Notes: generated by a model not told the origin, from the letters alone. A stretch of 64,000 bases of DNA from Lama glama (GCA_028534125.1 CM052816.1:30692001-30756000), one strand, 5' to 3'; counted from the first letter of the stretch, positions 25,225-38,807 are shown. Translations and numbers: made by a program.

Positions 25225-25540
25225 CAATGACAATTAACCATTTTTACAGGCATCAGTATGGATGAATCACAAACATGATACTGAATTTTAAAAAATCACA
25301 TAAATTTTAAAACCACCAAACTAACTGAATGATGATAAAAATCACAATACAGTAAACTTTGGTGTGGTTACCATATTCTGGCAATACAAATGTGGGTTCT
25401 GGGAACGACTGGTGCTCTGTTTCTTTACCTGGGTGATGGTTTAATGGTTGCATTTGCTTGGTGAATATTTACTGATATATAAACTTATAAATTAAGTGAT
25501 TTTATAGGGATATTATAGTTTGGTTAACATGATAAATAAT
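25225..25540 (+). mobile_element. Old L1M (L1ME-like) 3'UTR
   Basis: atggatgaatcacaaacatgatactgaa ... ctgtttctttacctgggtgatggtt..tgcttggtgaatattta. Confidence 0.75.
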
Positions 25541-26507
25541 TATGTTGTATTTTTATCTTTATATTTTGTCAGACTTATATGAGATTCTAAATAATTTAAT
25601 TTCAACAAGAAGTGTATTCTTCTTTCTCCTTTCAGTAGAGCTCCACTCTCTTTCTTGTTTTTATGCTCAGATTTTGTGGAGAACTACTTACATTCTCTTT
25701 CTTTTCATAATTCCACTGCTCCTCAAATGGCAACTGAACTGTTGTAGCTCTGCTGCTAATGAGTAGTTGAGGTTCCTTACTATGTTTGGATCTTGACATT
25801 TTAACAACATTTATAGAACATAAGATAAAGAAGAGATAAGCAAGAATTTTTCTTCCTCAATTGTCTCATTTTATCCTGGGGCATATTTTAGACAACACAA
25901 CAGTCTCTTACACTAAAGAAGTCAATATAATTTGCCTTCATGAGTTTTTTAAATAGTGCAATAGATCAAGAAAAGAATGTAATTAGCAAATGGTATAAAT
26001 GAGGCTTGCAAATGTTTGGATGCTGCTGACTTCAAACAGAAAAAAATCATTAAATAGTAAGAATAGATAGAAAATATAATCTGATTTGAAACAAGTGGAA
26101 TCATTTAAATAACTGGTTATAGGGTGCAGTTAGTTCACAGTGATTACAAATAGACTTGGAAATACCAGAGTAAATGCCACAACCTTGTAGATAAAGAAGA
26201 ATGCAGACTAAGAAGTTGACACAGAAATAGATGGAAAAGAAAAAGTTAAAAAAATCACTTACTGAGGTCCTCTGGTCTCACCAATATTGAAATAAATGAC
26301 CAAGATATTATTGCTAGAATAATATGCAAAATAAAAAGAAATCTCCAAGTAAAGATATAACCAAGTTTACTCAGTTTTAAGCAGCACATTTTCAGAAAAA
26401 CTTTCTGCATTTTCAGAAAAGACTTCGAGAGTTAAAATTTACAGTTAAATTTACTGTTACAGAAAAAATTTTAAAGATAGGAAAATTCATGATGACTTCA
26501 TTTGCTG

Positions 26508-26549
26508 TACATACATATATATGTATGTGTGTGTATGTATGTAGGTAGG

Positions 26550-26593
<44 letters not shown>
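26508..26593. repeat. Compound (TA)/(TG)/(TATG) microsatellite
   Basis: Directly visible dinucleotide runs. Confidence 0.95.
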
Positions 26594-26594
<1 letters not shown>

Positions 26595-27799
26595 TTTTTT
26601 AAACTTTTAAAAGGGTTAGATAACATCGATTCCCCAGTGGGCCGAACAATTTAAGCCAAATCGTCAAAGCTTGCAATCAACCCTCTGGGGACAATCTATA
26701 GCTCAGCTTCTATCTGTCAGACTGTAACTTCTATCAATATGATTCAGTTCACAGAAAGAACTGGATAAGAACAAACACTTTATTTAACAGAGTAGGTTTT
26801 GTTTACATCTAGGCTGACAGCAAGTGTATAACTAACATAATATTTTAATTCCTTTTTAATTTCCATTGCCCATGTACAATTCCCTAGGTTCTTCTCCCCA
26901 GTAAAGAATAAATTGCCTAGTAAGAGATTATCTTTTTTTCCTAACACTGCATATTTTGGGTTCCATTTTACTAATAAGATGTGTACCATGAAGAATTCTT
27001 AGCAACCTGTAAATAAACTTTGTAAGGTATCAAATATTATATTTCAGGTATACTTCCATCTCTTCAAAGCAAAAAGTTAATATGAGAAACGATGCTTCTT
27101 AGAAAATTGTAATAAATATCTTTTTTATAAAAAGCCAAAAATTCCATATATAGGGGCATTTACCATATAGACAACCATGTGTTATATTTTAAGATACTGA
27201 AATTAATTATTGGAGTTTAAATATGTATTTACAAATGTAGCCTTAAAAATCTTGATATGTGACTTTTTACTGACATATTCTTAGACGCTATTCTTTTGTT
27301 TGTTTCAGTCTTGCAGAAAGATTTCCGTAAGTCCTTAAGTATTCTTGTATGTGTCTGATGTGAGCTTTAAGAAACTATTATTAATATTTTTCTCTCCACC
27401 ACATGTGAATTCTTATTAACTTCAAAGGAAGCCATTTTACATATAGAAGAGTTAAGTAACTAAATGGAGGGAGTGGAAATCAACCCCTCAGAACTCAGAT
27501 AAATGTTAACTTTCAAACCACAAAAGCTAGTTCAGCCAGTCATGGTTTATCAAATACAGGGAGGAAGAAATCTGCATTACATAATTTTTTTTCCTCCTAG
27601 CACAATTGCTACATCTGCTACAGACTGTCATTACAGTACTACATATAAGATTTATCTAACAACAGTACTAATCTTCATGGAATTTTAATAAATGAGAGTC
27701 TATTTTATTTATGTTGTCAGATAGCCTTCTTATTCAGCCTTGAGGTCCTTCCAAACTGATCCTTTTTAGTTCATTGTAATTTATGCAAAAAGAAAAAAA

Positions 27800-28420
27800 A
27801 AAGCTATTGAGTACCTGCTCAGTAGTTGAGCAGGACCTAGCATATAAAGGGTCTGAAAGCAACATTAGTGGAATGGTAAATGAGTGAACAAATGAATGAA
27901 CAAAGAAAGAGCATTTTACTTGGGGAGTGCTACTGGCAATACAAAGATCAGCCAGAAATCTAACCTGCAGAGTTTACAGCCTGGCAGGCTGGATGTGATA
28001 AAAATGGATGTGCCCTAGATAGAAACCTCAGGATGTTCAGAGAAGAGAGAGCTCACTCCCAGCTCTGGGGTTCAAAGAAGACTTCATGGAAGATATGGAA
28101 TTTAAGATTATCTTTGCTGTTGACAAGATTCAGGCTGTGAGGAGAGAGAATAAATAGAATCTGATGCAGTAAGAGGACCATGAGAAAGACCAGGGAAGTT
28201 AGGAAGAATACGAAAGAAACTCCAAAAAAATCATTCAGTGTGGCCAGAACACAGGTTGGCCATGAGAATCAAGAGTAATAGAATTAAGGTAAATATTTAA
28301 CTACAGACAAATAAGGTTGTGTCTTTCACATTAAAGAGGTGGAATTTTATTCTGTGGTCAACAGAGAACCACTAAAATTTAGGGGGTAGGGGACAGATGG
28401 AGAGTGACATAAATAAGCTT
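27800..28420 (-). mobile_element. L2 fragment
   Basis: tattgagtacctgct, gagtttacagcctgg, gaagacttcatggaaga, gaattttattctgtggtcaacagagaaccactaaa, gagtgacat: ordered antisense L2 landmarks. Confidence 0.75.
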
Positions 28421-28574
28421 CCACTGCTATGAGGTTTGTATTTTAAGTAAGGGAGTATTTTAACATTGTAACATCTAGTTATGAAATATGAAAACTATTT
28501 TTTAAAGGTAACTCAGCTTGCTGCCATTTCCCATCAAAAGGCAAGATGAAAGAGTAAAAGGAACAAAAACAACT

Positions 28575-28720
28575 AAAAGTCAAATGATCTGGACTCAGAT
28601 CTAACTTCAGTTATAGGACATTAAATAAAATTACTATGGACCCCAATATAAACTTCTGTAAATCAGTGGATTAAGCACAGGATGACCTAGGTTCTTTCAA
28701 CAATAATATATTCAATTTCC
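28575..28720 (+). mobile_element. MIR3-like relic
   Basis: agtcaaatgatctgg..ctgtaaat..ggatgacctaggttctttcaac. Confidence 0.5.
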
Positions 28721-29169
28721 AAAATCCTATCATTATTCTTAGTCCATTATCTGAAAACATCTTGCTTTGACTCTGACATTTGTCAAAAGTGACTGCAGAA
28801 ATTCTGGGACTAGTTCTGAAATATGCCAAGGTTAACTGGGAACTTCAGCCTCCTTATTTCTGCACTCTATTCAGTTAGGACTGATGGAGTTTTGACTTGA
28901 AACAAAGCACCTTATATCTCCACTTACAGTCAGATAATTTTAAACAGTACACTTAGCATTGAATGGGTTGCAATTTCATGAGGCTCTTTAAAATAAAAAT
29001 TTATTCAACTATATATACATATATGCATTTGATGTCTTCACTTGCATTCATTTATGCAAATACAGTTTTGTAGTATTGTGAACATTTTACAAAGGACTAT
29101 TTTTCACTATAGCTTTTTGATAAAAAATAAAACCAAGTAAATATATGTGTCTGTACACGTACACACACA

Positions 29170-30117
29170 CAGTTGACCCTTAAACAACATGGGTTTGAAC
29201 AGCATGGGTCCACCTGTACATGGATTTTTTTTTCCAATTGATACATTGGACAAATTTTTGGAGATTTGTGACAACTTGAAAAAATTCACAGATAAACCAC
29301 ATGAAAAAGTTAGGTATGTCATGAATGCCTAGCATATATGTAGATATTGGTCTGTCCTTATATAGGTATAAGATGAGTGATGTTTAAAATTAGTGTTAGT
29401 TTTCTGTTTTATAACTTTGTTTTCATGTGATTATATTACCAAACAGTAAGTCTCTTTCTCTCTTGCAGTTGGAGGAACTGCCTATCAGCCTATGATCACA
29501 GGTAAGTGGTTTAAAAATATGTTTCCAATACCATACTATGAATAGGACTGTAATACTGTATGCCGTAAAAATTTTATAATGATTCATTCACGTATAGGCT
29601 AAGCTACCATGAAGCAATTGTATCCATTACAGTAGGCTACCAAAAAGCAACCATGCTGCAGCTTCTTTATCAATGCACGAATTAATATTCCTACAAATAA
29701 ATACAAATTCCTCTTTCACTGTACCTTTTCTTTTTTGATTTCTAGTATTAGTAATACATATAATGTCTAGTGTTTTGTATCATATAAAACAAGATTGATG
29801 TAGGTACTGACAGTTCATCTTATAAAGAGATGAAATAAACTTACAGTTCTGTACTGTATCTATAGATACTGTATTTTCTCTTCCTTATGATTTTCTTAAT
29901 AACATTTTCTTTTCTCTGGCTTATTGTAAAATATAGTGTATAATACATATAACATACAAAATGTGTGTTAATTGACTACTTATGTTATTGGTAAGGCTTC
30001 CAGTCAAGAGCAGGCTATTAGTACTTAAGTTTTTGGGGGTCAAAAGTTAGAAACAGACTTCTGACACCATGGAAGTAGGTGCCCCAAACCCCCAGCTCCT
30101 TGTTCAAAAGTCAACTA
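29170..30117 (+). mobile_element. Tigger2-family non-autonomous DNA transposon (~950 bp)
   Basis: TIRs cagttgacccttaaacaa / ttgttcaaaagtcaacta, TA follows the 3' end (5' flank now in a CA run); no transposase ORF. Confidence 0.92.
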
Positions 30118-30724
30118 TATTATGTTTAATGACTTCAGAATCCTTTTCTTTGAGATGCTTTTCTGTGATTACAAGTAATAAACTGGAAATACGTGGGAAA
30201 TGGTCTTACTCACTTGGTTACTTTCTAGAAATTAGGAATTGTTTTTAATTGCCATGAATGTCTGGCTACTTCGTTCCACTTGGCATTGAATTTCTCATGT
30301 CAAGTTACAAAATGCTTTGAAATTAGCACACAGAACAAAAGAGCCCTTAGGAAGATACTTAATTTCATGTATTTCAGCAAGCCCACACATTAGTTTGCTG
30401 AACTGCTTCTTGACTTCAAAGAATGCTCATAAACTGAATCTTGAGGACAATTCACCTAAACTTTTTCATTACTCTACAGTTCTGTTAAAGTGCCTAATAC
30501 CTACTTATAAGCATCTTTATTATTGAAGAGTTTTAGAGAATCAAGAAGCCAGCATCTTTTGCTTCACTTACCATCTTGAGTGAGAAATTATTATCCGTGC
30601 TATTTAATGAAATACTTAAATTTCATCAAGAAACACCATATATTACATTTTAATCTTAATTTTAAAATGTCTTCTGACTGCAGACCTCAATAAAAGGATC
30701 AGCAGTTTTATATTATTTCCTTCT

Positions 30725-30915
30725 AATGACAACTCATGGACATACATTGAACAAATCCCTTAATCTCTCAGGTCCTCCTTTTTTCAAACTGCAAAATGGG
30801 CATAATAAGCTTGACTTGCCTCCCAGGTACATCCTGTGGAACTCACTAGTTCATTATAACTCATTAAACCTCCTTTCTAAAATATAACACACCATAAAAA
30901 TGCAAAATATTATTA
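30725..30915 (+). mobile_element. MIR relic
   Basis: ttgaacaaatcccttaatctctcagg..ctgcaaaatgggcataataa. Confidence 0.7.
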
Positions 30916-33900
30916 TTAAATATTCAGAGTGAGTTCTTCCTCTGAATTTATTATCATGTTGCTCAAATGAATGCTAATAATGTAAACTCTGGGGGAAACA
31001 ATTTCAGTTATTCATGAGAGTCGTGCGTGTAACGTGTTGGTAGTGGATATCGTGGGCAATGTATTTTCACGTATTCAGTATGTGGCTTCTGACAAAACCT
31101 CCCTCTCCTGGTAATGTCAAATGACATGCTCTAGGCAGCTTTTTCTTTTAACAACTCTTCATCTGATGTACAACTTTATAGGAAAGTTTCTGCAATCTGT
31201 GTCAAACTCCTTGTCTTCAGGGAGGCCAATGCACCTGCATCAAACCTTCATATCCTCAAATGAATGTGAAAGGCTGGAAGGCGGGAAGGAAAAAGAAAGT
31301 GACATAAATCAAGAGAGATAAGTCAAACATATCCTAACAGGGTTGAACCCAGACACCGATACCAAGGAAATGAAACATGCCCTAAATTGGCAATTTACTA
31401 CTTCAGGAAAGAACCTTCTGTATTTTCACAATGAGTTGAAACTCTGAATAAAAAACTGGCACTAGAAAGATGCCATACTTTTTACATAAAAGTGAAGATG
31501 TTGTGGTTAATCAAAATGGGGCTGCAAAACAGAAAAATAATGAAAATAAGTGAGTAAATATGCATATAAATACAAACTTTCTATACTGGGAGAATTATTT
31601 GTGAAATTCATCTTAATTTAGTGTGTCCTAGGTAAGCAGTGTTGATTATATGTATAAAAACATTAATTACAAAAGAGACATACTAAAGCCTGTCTGACTC
31701 AAGTTTTCCACACCATCCACATTTTCTCCAGGTGGGAATGCCTGTGAAGGGAATTTTAGTTGGGATCTGCAGGGGGATTCTGGACAGATGATCAGTTGAA
31801 GGGCAAGATGAGAACTGGCACTACCAGATCTTGGATGGGGGAAGTGATGGAGAAAAGAGGTGATGACAAAGGGACATTTGTACTAACTTGGGATTGTATT
31901 TGTTACTATGATTTCAAATCTTTTAACTGTTGACACTTTGAGATAAAATAACCAACATTATACACAATCAAAGTAGATATTTTAATTCTTAAGTAGCTTG
32001 GTTTATCTGGGACCACTCTTCTCTCCTGGGAGGAATAAATTTGAAATACAGTTCAAATTAATTATACTAGCTGGTGCCTCAAAGGGTACGTTCTTAATCT
32101 AATGCCTCCTGATTTTTAGGATTGATTACTTGGCAACAAAAGACAGCATACACATTTTTTTAAGTGATTAAAAAAAGTGGTACAAGGCAGGAATATAGTC
32201 TAAAAATGAGGGTTTACAGATATTTAGGACTCCACATTATACAATTATAAAATATTCTCCAGAGAGTCAGAATGAACCAATTAAAGATTCTCCTCACTGA
32301 ACTAACAAAAAATTTTTAGGTACACTGGCACCATTAATCCCCTTTCCTGACCTTCCTGGAAATGGGAGCCTTCACTTTTCCTGAGAATAAGAAAGAGAAA
32401 AGGAGAAAAATGGAAATAAACGAAAAGGGTCATAGCACTGAAAGTCTACAATATGAGCCAAAAGGTGAGAAAGTACAGGTACTTGTCTTGAGAAGACACT
32501 TATGTGAGTCAGGCACTTCAGGGATCACCTGCCTACACTGGTCATGTCTGAAACAGTGGTTCACCAGGCTGGTGTGATCCCCATACCTGGCATTTTCTAG
32601 GCACATGGGACGGAAGGGATCATGGTGCCTAGGGACAGATTACTTGAATTATTGCAGGCTGCTACTGCTCTGATCCTACCATCAACCAAGACAAGACTTT
32701 AAGAGCCCTATCAACTCAGGAGCATGTGAGTGTTTCTTTATCTCACTGCTTCTGCAAGGTGCCCTTCAAGCAGCCCTACGGAGTAAGGTTGGATGAATGA
32801 AACTGTATGTAATCATATCACCAATAAAAGCAGCACAGTTATATAGGCAAACATACAGAGACTAAGAAAGTCTTAAAAAGATATAACTATAGATGCAATT
32901 AGTTGCTAAAAGTAAAATAATGTTTCAATTCCACTAATCCAGTCCTTATTTATATTTCTCTTTTGGAGGATAGCCATTTAAACCTTGCAAAACTTTATAC
33001 CTATATTTTAATTATTAGCATCTTAATATGTTGCTCAATTTGGTATAAATGAAGGTAAAATTTAAAAAAAGAACTTGTGAAATTCAGGTATTACATGAAT
33101 GTTTTGGGAGTGATAATGAATAGGCCATCTTAATTAACATGTATTTTTAACTGGGACAAGAGAATAATTAATGCAGTAGTATTGCTCTTCCCTTCTTGTA
33201 CATCTGGGTGGATTTCAGCCAAGATACATATACCTATAGGCAATATGACTTTGAGGTATTGTTTTAAAAACATTATGTAACTGCAAACATTGTAGTTTAG
33301 CTTCCTTTACACTTTAAACCTGGGTCTGATTTCATGGATGTTTGTAGACATTGCTTTAGGGAAAGTATGATTTGCATATTTCTAATCTGCTTTTCTTTGT
33401 TGGTTTAATTCCGTTTAGTGTGGTCATTAATTCCTAAGATTTAAATGACTTGATTTTTCATTATGTAGAAAGGCTTGTCATTCCTGTTGAGTAAGTTATT
33501 TGAGGCAAAAGTTGAAGTTCAAAACTTAGGAAAGTTGGCCCATTAAAATGGAGACAAGAAACTTGCTCATTGCAATAAAATTTCATTTGTGCATAAGAGA
33601 TATTAATGGAGTTGAATTAGTTGAAAAGTTTTTTTTTTAAATCCTGTATATTTCAAATGATTGATGAAGTGACAAGAATCCTATCTGAATTCATCATATT
33701 AAGTCAATTTATTTTAGTTAGTTGGAATGTCTATGCTCAATATAGTTATTCTTCATCTTTGTAAAAGCAGGCTTGAGTTGAAATTTTCTATGAATGATAT
33801 CTTTCTTTGTCCAGGTTATTAGAGTATGGATAAAATATATCTACTAATTGACAAAAAAGAGTTGCATCATTGGGGAATAAGAAAATGCTAGTAACTCAGC

Positions 33901-34207
33901 ATTACTTTCCAGAGAGAACATTAGAGGAGTTGCATATAGAGTTTAGCCAATCATACACACATTGTGTGTGATCTATCTATTGATCAATTAATCCTCTATC
34001 AGAATGCTAGCCTGCTTTTCCTGAGAGCCATTCCTATCTCTTCAGAGTGGACCGTAACACGGAAGGAAACATTAAGGCAGAAATGCACTGAGTAAAGCTA
34101 ACATCTTTTTCATTACCTGTTTTTGTAACAGTTGGAGGTCTAAGTTCTTCTGTTCTTTCTCACTTAAGCCTTTTTGTCCTCTCGAGTACAGGTGTGTTAA
34201 GACTAAG

Positions 34208-34333
34208 GAGGTGATATAATTAACCTTTCAACTTGGGACAAGGACACATTTGAGAGTGAAAGGAGACCCCTTTCAACAGGGCAACTGGCATAAACCAGGA
34301 GAGTCCCAGGAAAACGGAACGATGGCCACCCTG
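34208..34333 (+). mobile_element. MER81-like hAT-Blackjack MITE
   Basis: ggacacatttgagagtgaaagg..gcataaaccaggagagtcccaggaaaacggaacgatggccaccctg. Confidence 0.8.
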
Positions 34334-37300
34334 TCAGAGACATGCATTTAAAATCCAACTCCACCCTACCGTCAGTTTACTTTCATTCACCAACCTGATG
34401 ACTTCTTTGTATGTGGATGGCAGTTCCCAGTTTGAAAGATTAGCTGACTTTATGTTTACTTCAGGACAGCCAGCCAATATGGCCCCTAGATTTATAATCG
34501 TTGGCTCTGAGATCACAGGTGTCTTGTTTGGTAATAATATGAAATATTTATGACCTTTTCTGCCAAATGTGGCAAGTTATTACCTGTAAATTGCCAGATG
34601 CATTGTTTAAAGTTTCCAGATGGATCAGTGTTCAGCTGCTGTTACTATAATTTCATGGTGTGTGCTGTCCTACCGCTCTTGAGAAATATTCTCTTCCAGG
34701 TGGCAATTTCTTCTCTCATTCCCAAGTTACAGTAATATTTCAAGCAAGCCAATGAAGAGTTTATTATAAAATTACCATTGTGGTACTAAAAAAACCAAAG
34801 TGAAGAAAATGCCCCCCCCTGTACCTTTGCCATTGGACCCATTTTTGCCCTAAGAACTAAATGATCTAGATCAAAAGTTAATGTTAAAAATCTACCTTGT
34901 CCTATAAATCCTCACACAGCACAGCAATCCACAGACTGCACACTGAAGCTGCATGCCATGACATTTGGCTGGTTCCTTCTCTGTTTTCAGCTCTCAGCTC
35001 AAACTTCTCAAACTCTCTGATGTGGTTTCTCTTACTTAATCTTAGAGAATTAATATCACCATTTAATTTCAAACATAAAATTCCTGATAGTTCCACTTTC
35101 ATTTATTCAGTTTAACTGCATATCACTGCCTAAAATCATTTAAGACTCATTAAAGCCCCGAGAATAGGGGAGTAGAGTCTGGGATCTTATTTGTTTAGTT
35201 CATAAAATAGAGCTGGAAATCAATCTTTGTGAAATAAATAAATAATGGAATGACTAAATGAATGTGCTATTTTCAGAAATTTAAGGACTTGTATTATTTG
35301 AAGAGACATCTCACTTTCCAATATGATGGGAGTGCCATGAGAATTTTATACAGGTACTGTTCCCCTTTGATCTTGTCCTTTCCCTTTTATTTCCATTAAA
35401 TGCATTACTCAGACACTAATATTCTGAAAGGTGGGGCTTTCAGAGCCATAATCAGAACCACCTCTGAACTATCCAGCGACTACAAAAGCCAAACGTCGGA
35501 AGGGAAGCCCTTCCCATGATTCACTTGGAAGGCAGTCTGTTGCCACTACTGACCGAGTCTCCTGATCACAGTTACTGGATAGGAGGTTCACACAGCTCAA
35601 AAAGACATTCATATATAGGTTTGCCAGTGGCCTTCACTGTGGTGTAATGGTGAAACACCAAACTGGGAAGATGGTGGTGAAATGCAAAACTCAGAAGAAA
35701 TGGATGACTTATTTTAAATGGGAACGTTAACAGACAAGCAGATTGATCATGACAGTAACAGATGAAAAGCAATGACATTTGCTGCTGAAAAGCTGACAGA
35801 ATAACCCCTTCAGCAAAACTTCCAAGAATACTTGGAACCTACCTTGAGTCACGGTTACCCTGCAGCTCCCACTTTTTCTTGAAGGCATAGGCATTTGACT
35901 TTTGCCAGGTTTCTCACAGGCCTGACCCATCTGGCTCTGGTGTGTTCTTATAATAAACCTTCTATTGCAGGAATAATTTGCATGGGTCTGTTCCTCACAA
36001 GGAGCACTGTATAATCCCAAGTAATACAAACCACCCCACCTCATTCTATTTGACTTCAAATAATTATTTCTATAGCTCGCATGTGAAAAATGACCTGTTA
36101 GACATTATGGGAAATCACAACATTTTAAACAAAGTTCTGATATGTTATTGTCAGATGGCTGGAAAGGTACTACGCAATCCTGATGTCATACTAAGGAAGC
36201 AGGAAGGTGACTGTCACGTTCCAGATTCAGCCCATGAACCAAGGACAGCAGTTCCCAATGCCCTGCTGTCTCCTCTCCTGCTGCTTCTTTCCTTACTCCT
36301 TTCCCCTCCTCTCCCTCTTCTTCCAGTTCTTCTGATACTCATGATCCCCTGTGCTTTCTCTCTTGCTGTCCATTTCTGATTCTAACTTATCAGAGTGCTG
36401 TTACCATGTCCCCAGTCACTAGTTTAAGTGCTCAGCATTACTGTGTTACGAATCTGAGGCTACTATTTGCACCGATATTTAATCTAGAAAATGGGGATGT
36501 AAACAAAATTTTACATGCAAGATTTGTTGCAGGATGTTTAATATTCAGAAAAATTGACTGCATATAAAGTATATGTGTGTGTTTCATGTATGTCCTTTTG
36601 CATATTGTCAATAACAAATTACTGGATGTTAATGATAAGGATAGTGAAATGAATTAATAATGATTTATTACTTTTTTACAATTCTTTGGTCCTTGATAGT
36701 AGGTCTGAAAGAGTTTAATGTAATAAATTTACTTGCGAAGAAAATTACCATGTATCTAATTTCTAGACAAGTGTAAGAAATTTGTAAAGAGAAATACTTC
36801 AAAGACATGATAGCTTCTGTACCTATGTATTTTGTCACCATTATAATTACAATAACAAGGCTGAGACTTCACTGCAAATACCTTGCAAGTGTATCTTTTA
36901 ATGGTAAAGAATATTAATTAATTTTGAGGCACATACTAATCTAGAATTTTGTTTTTGTGTAATTCAAATGAGTTCATAAAGATTCATTTAAAATTTTTAT
37001 AGAAAAATGAACCTCTTAAATCTATCTTTACGTTAATTAAGAACAGTTTGCTCCATTTCTGGGTTAATTACTGAAACTTAGGCTCCATAAGTAGACATAA
37101 TGGAAGAAATGCTTTTGTTGTCTGTGACCTTTTAATCCATGGTGAATCCATGAAATGTCTGTCTGCACACGTGGGATGCACAATTAAAATCATCACACGA
37201 AGGCCTTTTTTTTTATCCAACTGAATGGAAAAATGAATTGTCCCTTCTTGATTTATTTCTTTGTGGAAGAGATAGTCACTAAATTTTATTTTTTGTACCT

Positions 37301-37699
37301 CAGCTACTATTTGTCAGAAACTTCCCAAGTTTCATTTCTCTGCTCGTGTTTTGCTGACTACACCAATCACTTGTAGTAGCAACCATCAATATAAAAGTTG
37401 AGGTAGGCTCTATTTCATTTAAGCATTTAATTTCAAAGGCTAGATTGCACTGTGCTATGTAGGAAACACTGTACCATTGGGTGTTGCATTCGGTTAAGCT
37501 AACAAAAACTTACAATTCTATGTTCCTTTAATACCTAAGTGGCTGGTTCCTTTAAAAGCCAAGTCTGTATGTCCTATTTAGCCTCCTACAAGCTCTGTCC
37601 ATCTGTGAATCTGTGCTAGGATTGTGTGATGAGCAACCATAGTTGTTTGGCTGTGGATCCTTCCAGCCTAGCTAGCTCACACTTGCCTACTCCTTTATT

Positions 37700-38280
37700 T
37701 CTTTGCCCCGCTCCCCCTCCACTGCCTGTAAGAAAATGGATTGACCTTATAAAATACAAAAATGAGATACCACTCATTGTTTAAACCCTCCAAAAACTTC
37801 TCATCAAAATCGGAATGAAATACTAAGTCTTTTTATGGCATACAGGACCCCACGTGACCTGCTCCTCCTTATTTCTTGTGCCTCATCTCCTACCCATCTT
37901 CTCCATGTTCATTCCACAGGCTGCAGACACAACCTGTCCCCTGAACTTCCTGAGCATTTTCCTGCATCAGAGAACCTTGTACTTTGTGTCCCTTCTACCT
38001 GGTGGTTGGTCCTGGATCTTTGCTGGCTCCTTCATATCACTCAGGTCTTGGTTCACATGTTGCTTTTTCAGAATGATCTTCTCTGAATTCCTTACTTAAA
38101 CCTCAACTGGGTCACTCTACTTTATTAGCTCATGGAATTTCTTTATTGCATACATTGTTATCTCTAACTGTTTTATGTGTTTTTGGTTTACTTGAGTATT
38201 GATTTCTCCATCCCTTAAAGGAACATATGGTCCATAAGGGCAAAGCATTGCTTAGTGTTGAATAAATGAATAAATACAAA
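37700..38280 (+). mobile_element. L2a-type 3' region
   Basis: tttaaaccctccaa..atggcatacaggaccccacgtgacctg..gctggctccttc..tcactcaggtct..tgttgaataaatgaata. Confidence 0.85.
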
Positions 38281-38634
38281 ATGAACTCTTTCTCTCATTC
38301 TAGGTTTTTTTAAAAAATAGTTCTCGATTTCCTCTTGCTTTTACTTCCCATATTATCATCAGTTCTTCAGGTCCCTTTCTTAGCAACCTGATTTAGGCTT
38401 GCAGTCTGTGCATTTGACTCTGATGTCTTTCTAGTCCGTAACCTCAGCACAGAGTATCCCAGTTAAGGGTAAGTGAGTCCTCGGGATATGCCTTAGTGAC
38501 CTGGCGACCTAAACGGAAGGGCCCAGTTCTTCCACACTGTCCATCCCCATGGAGAGGGAGAACTGATCTCTTGGTAATTATTTTTAACTGATCCAAAAGA
38601 GTACACGAAGTTATATCAAGGTCCACTTGTTTCC

Positions 38635-38807
38635 CATGTGGGAAATGTGCAGTTATAAGGCCTGTGCAAGAGCCCACTATTCAATATTTAGGAATTTTGA
38701 GAGCCATTTGTTAAACTGACATGGTAGAAGTATTCACACTACAAAGCTTGGCAAGTTGGACACATAAGAGCCTTTTCCCCTCAGAGACAGTTTATCAGCC
38801 TACCACA
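38635..38807 (+). mobile_element. MER63A-like hAT-Blackjack element
   Basis: caagagcc..ggaattttgagagccatttgttaaa..atggtagaagtattcacactac..cagtttatcagcctaccac; related to the antisense copy at 60691-61094. Confidence 0.7.

Noticed and set aside
35978..36379. 133-aa ORF with Leu-rich tail
   Set aside because: Non-ATG start; the Leu/Pro run comes from a CT-rich low-complexity tract; no recognisable domain
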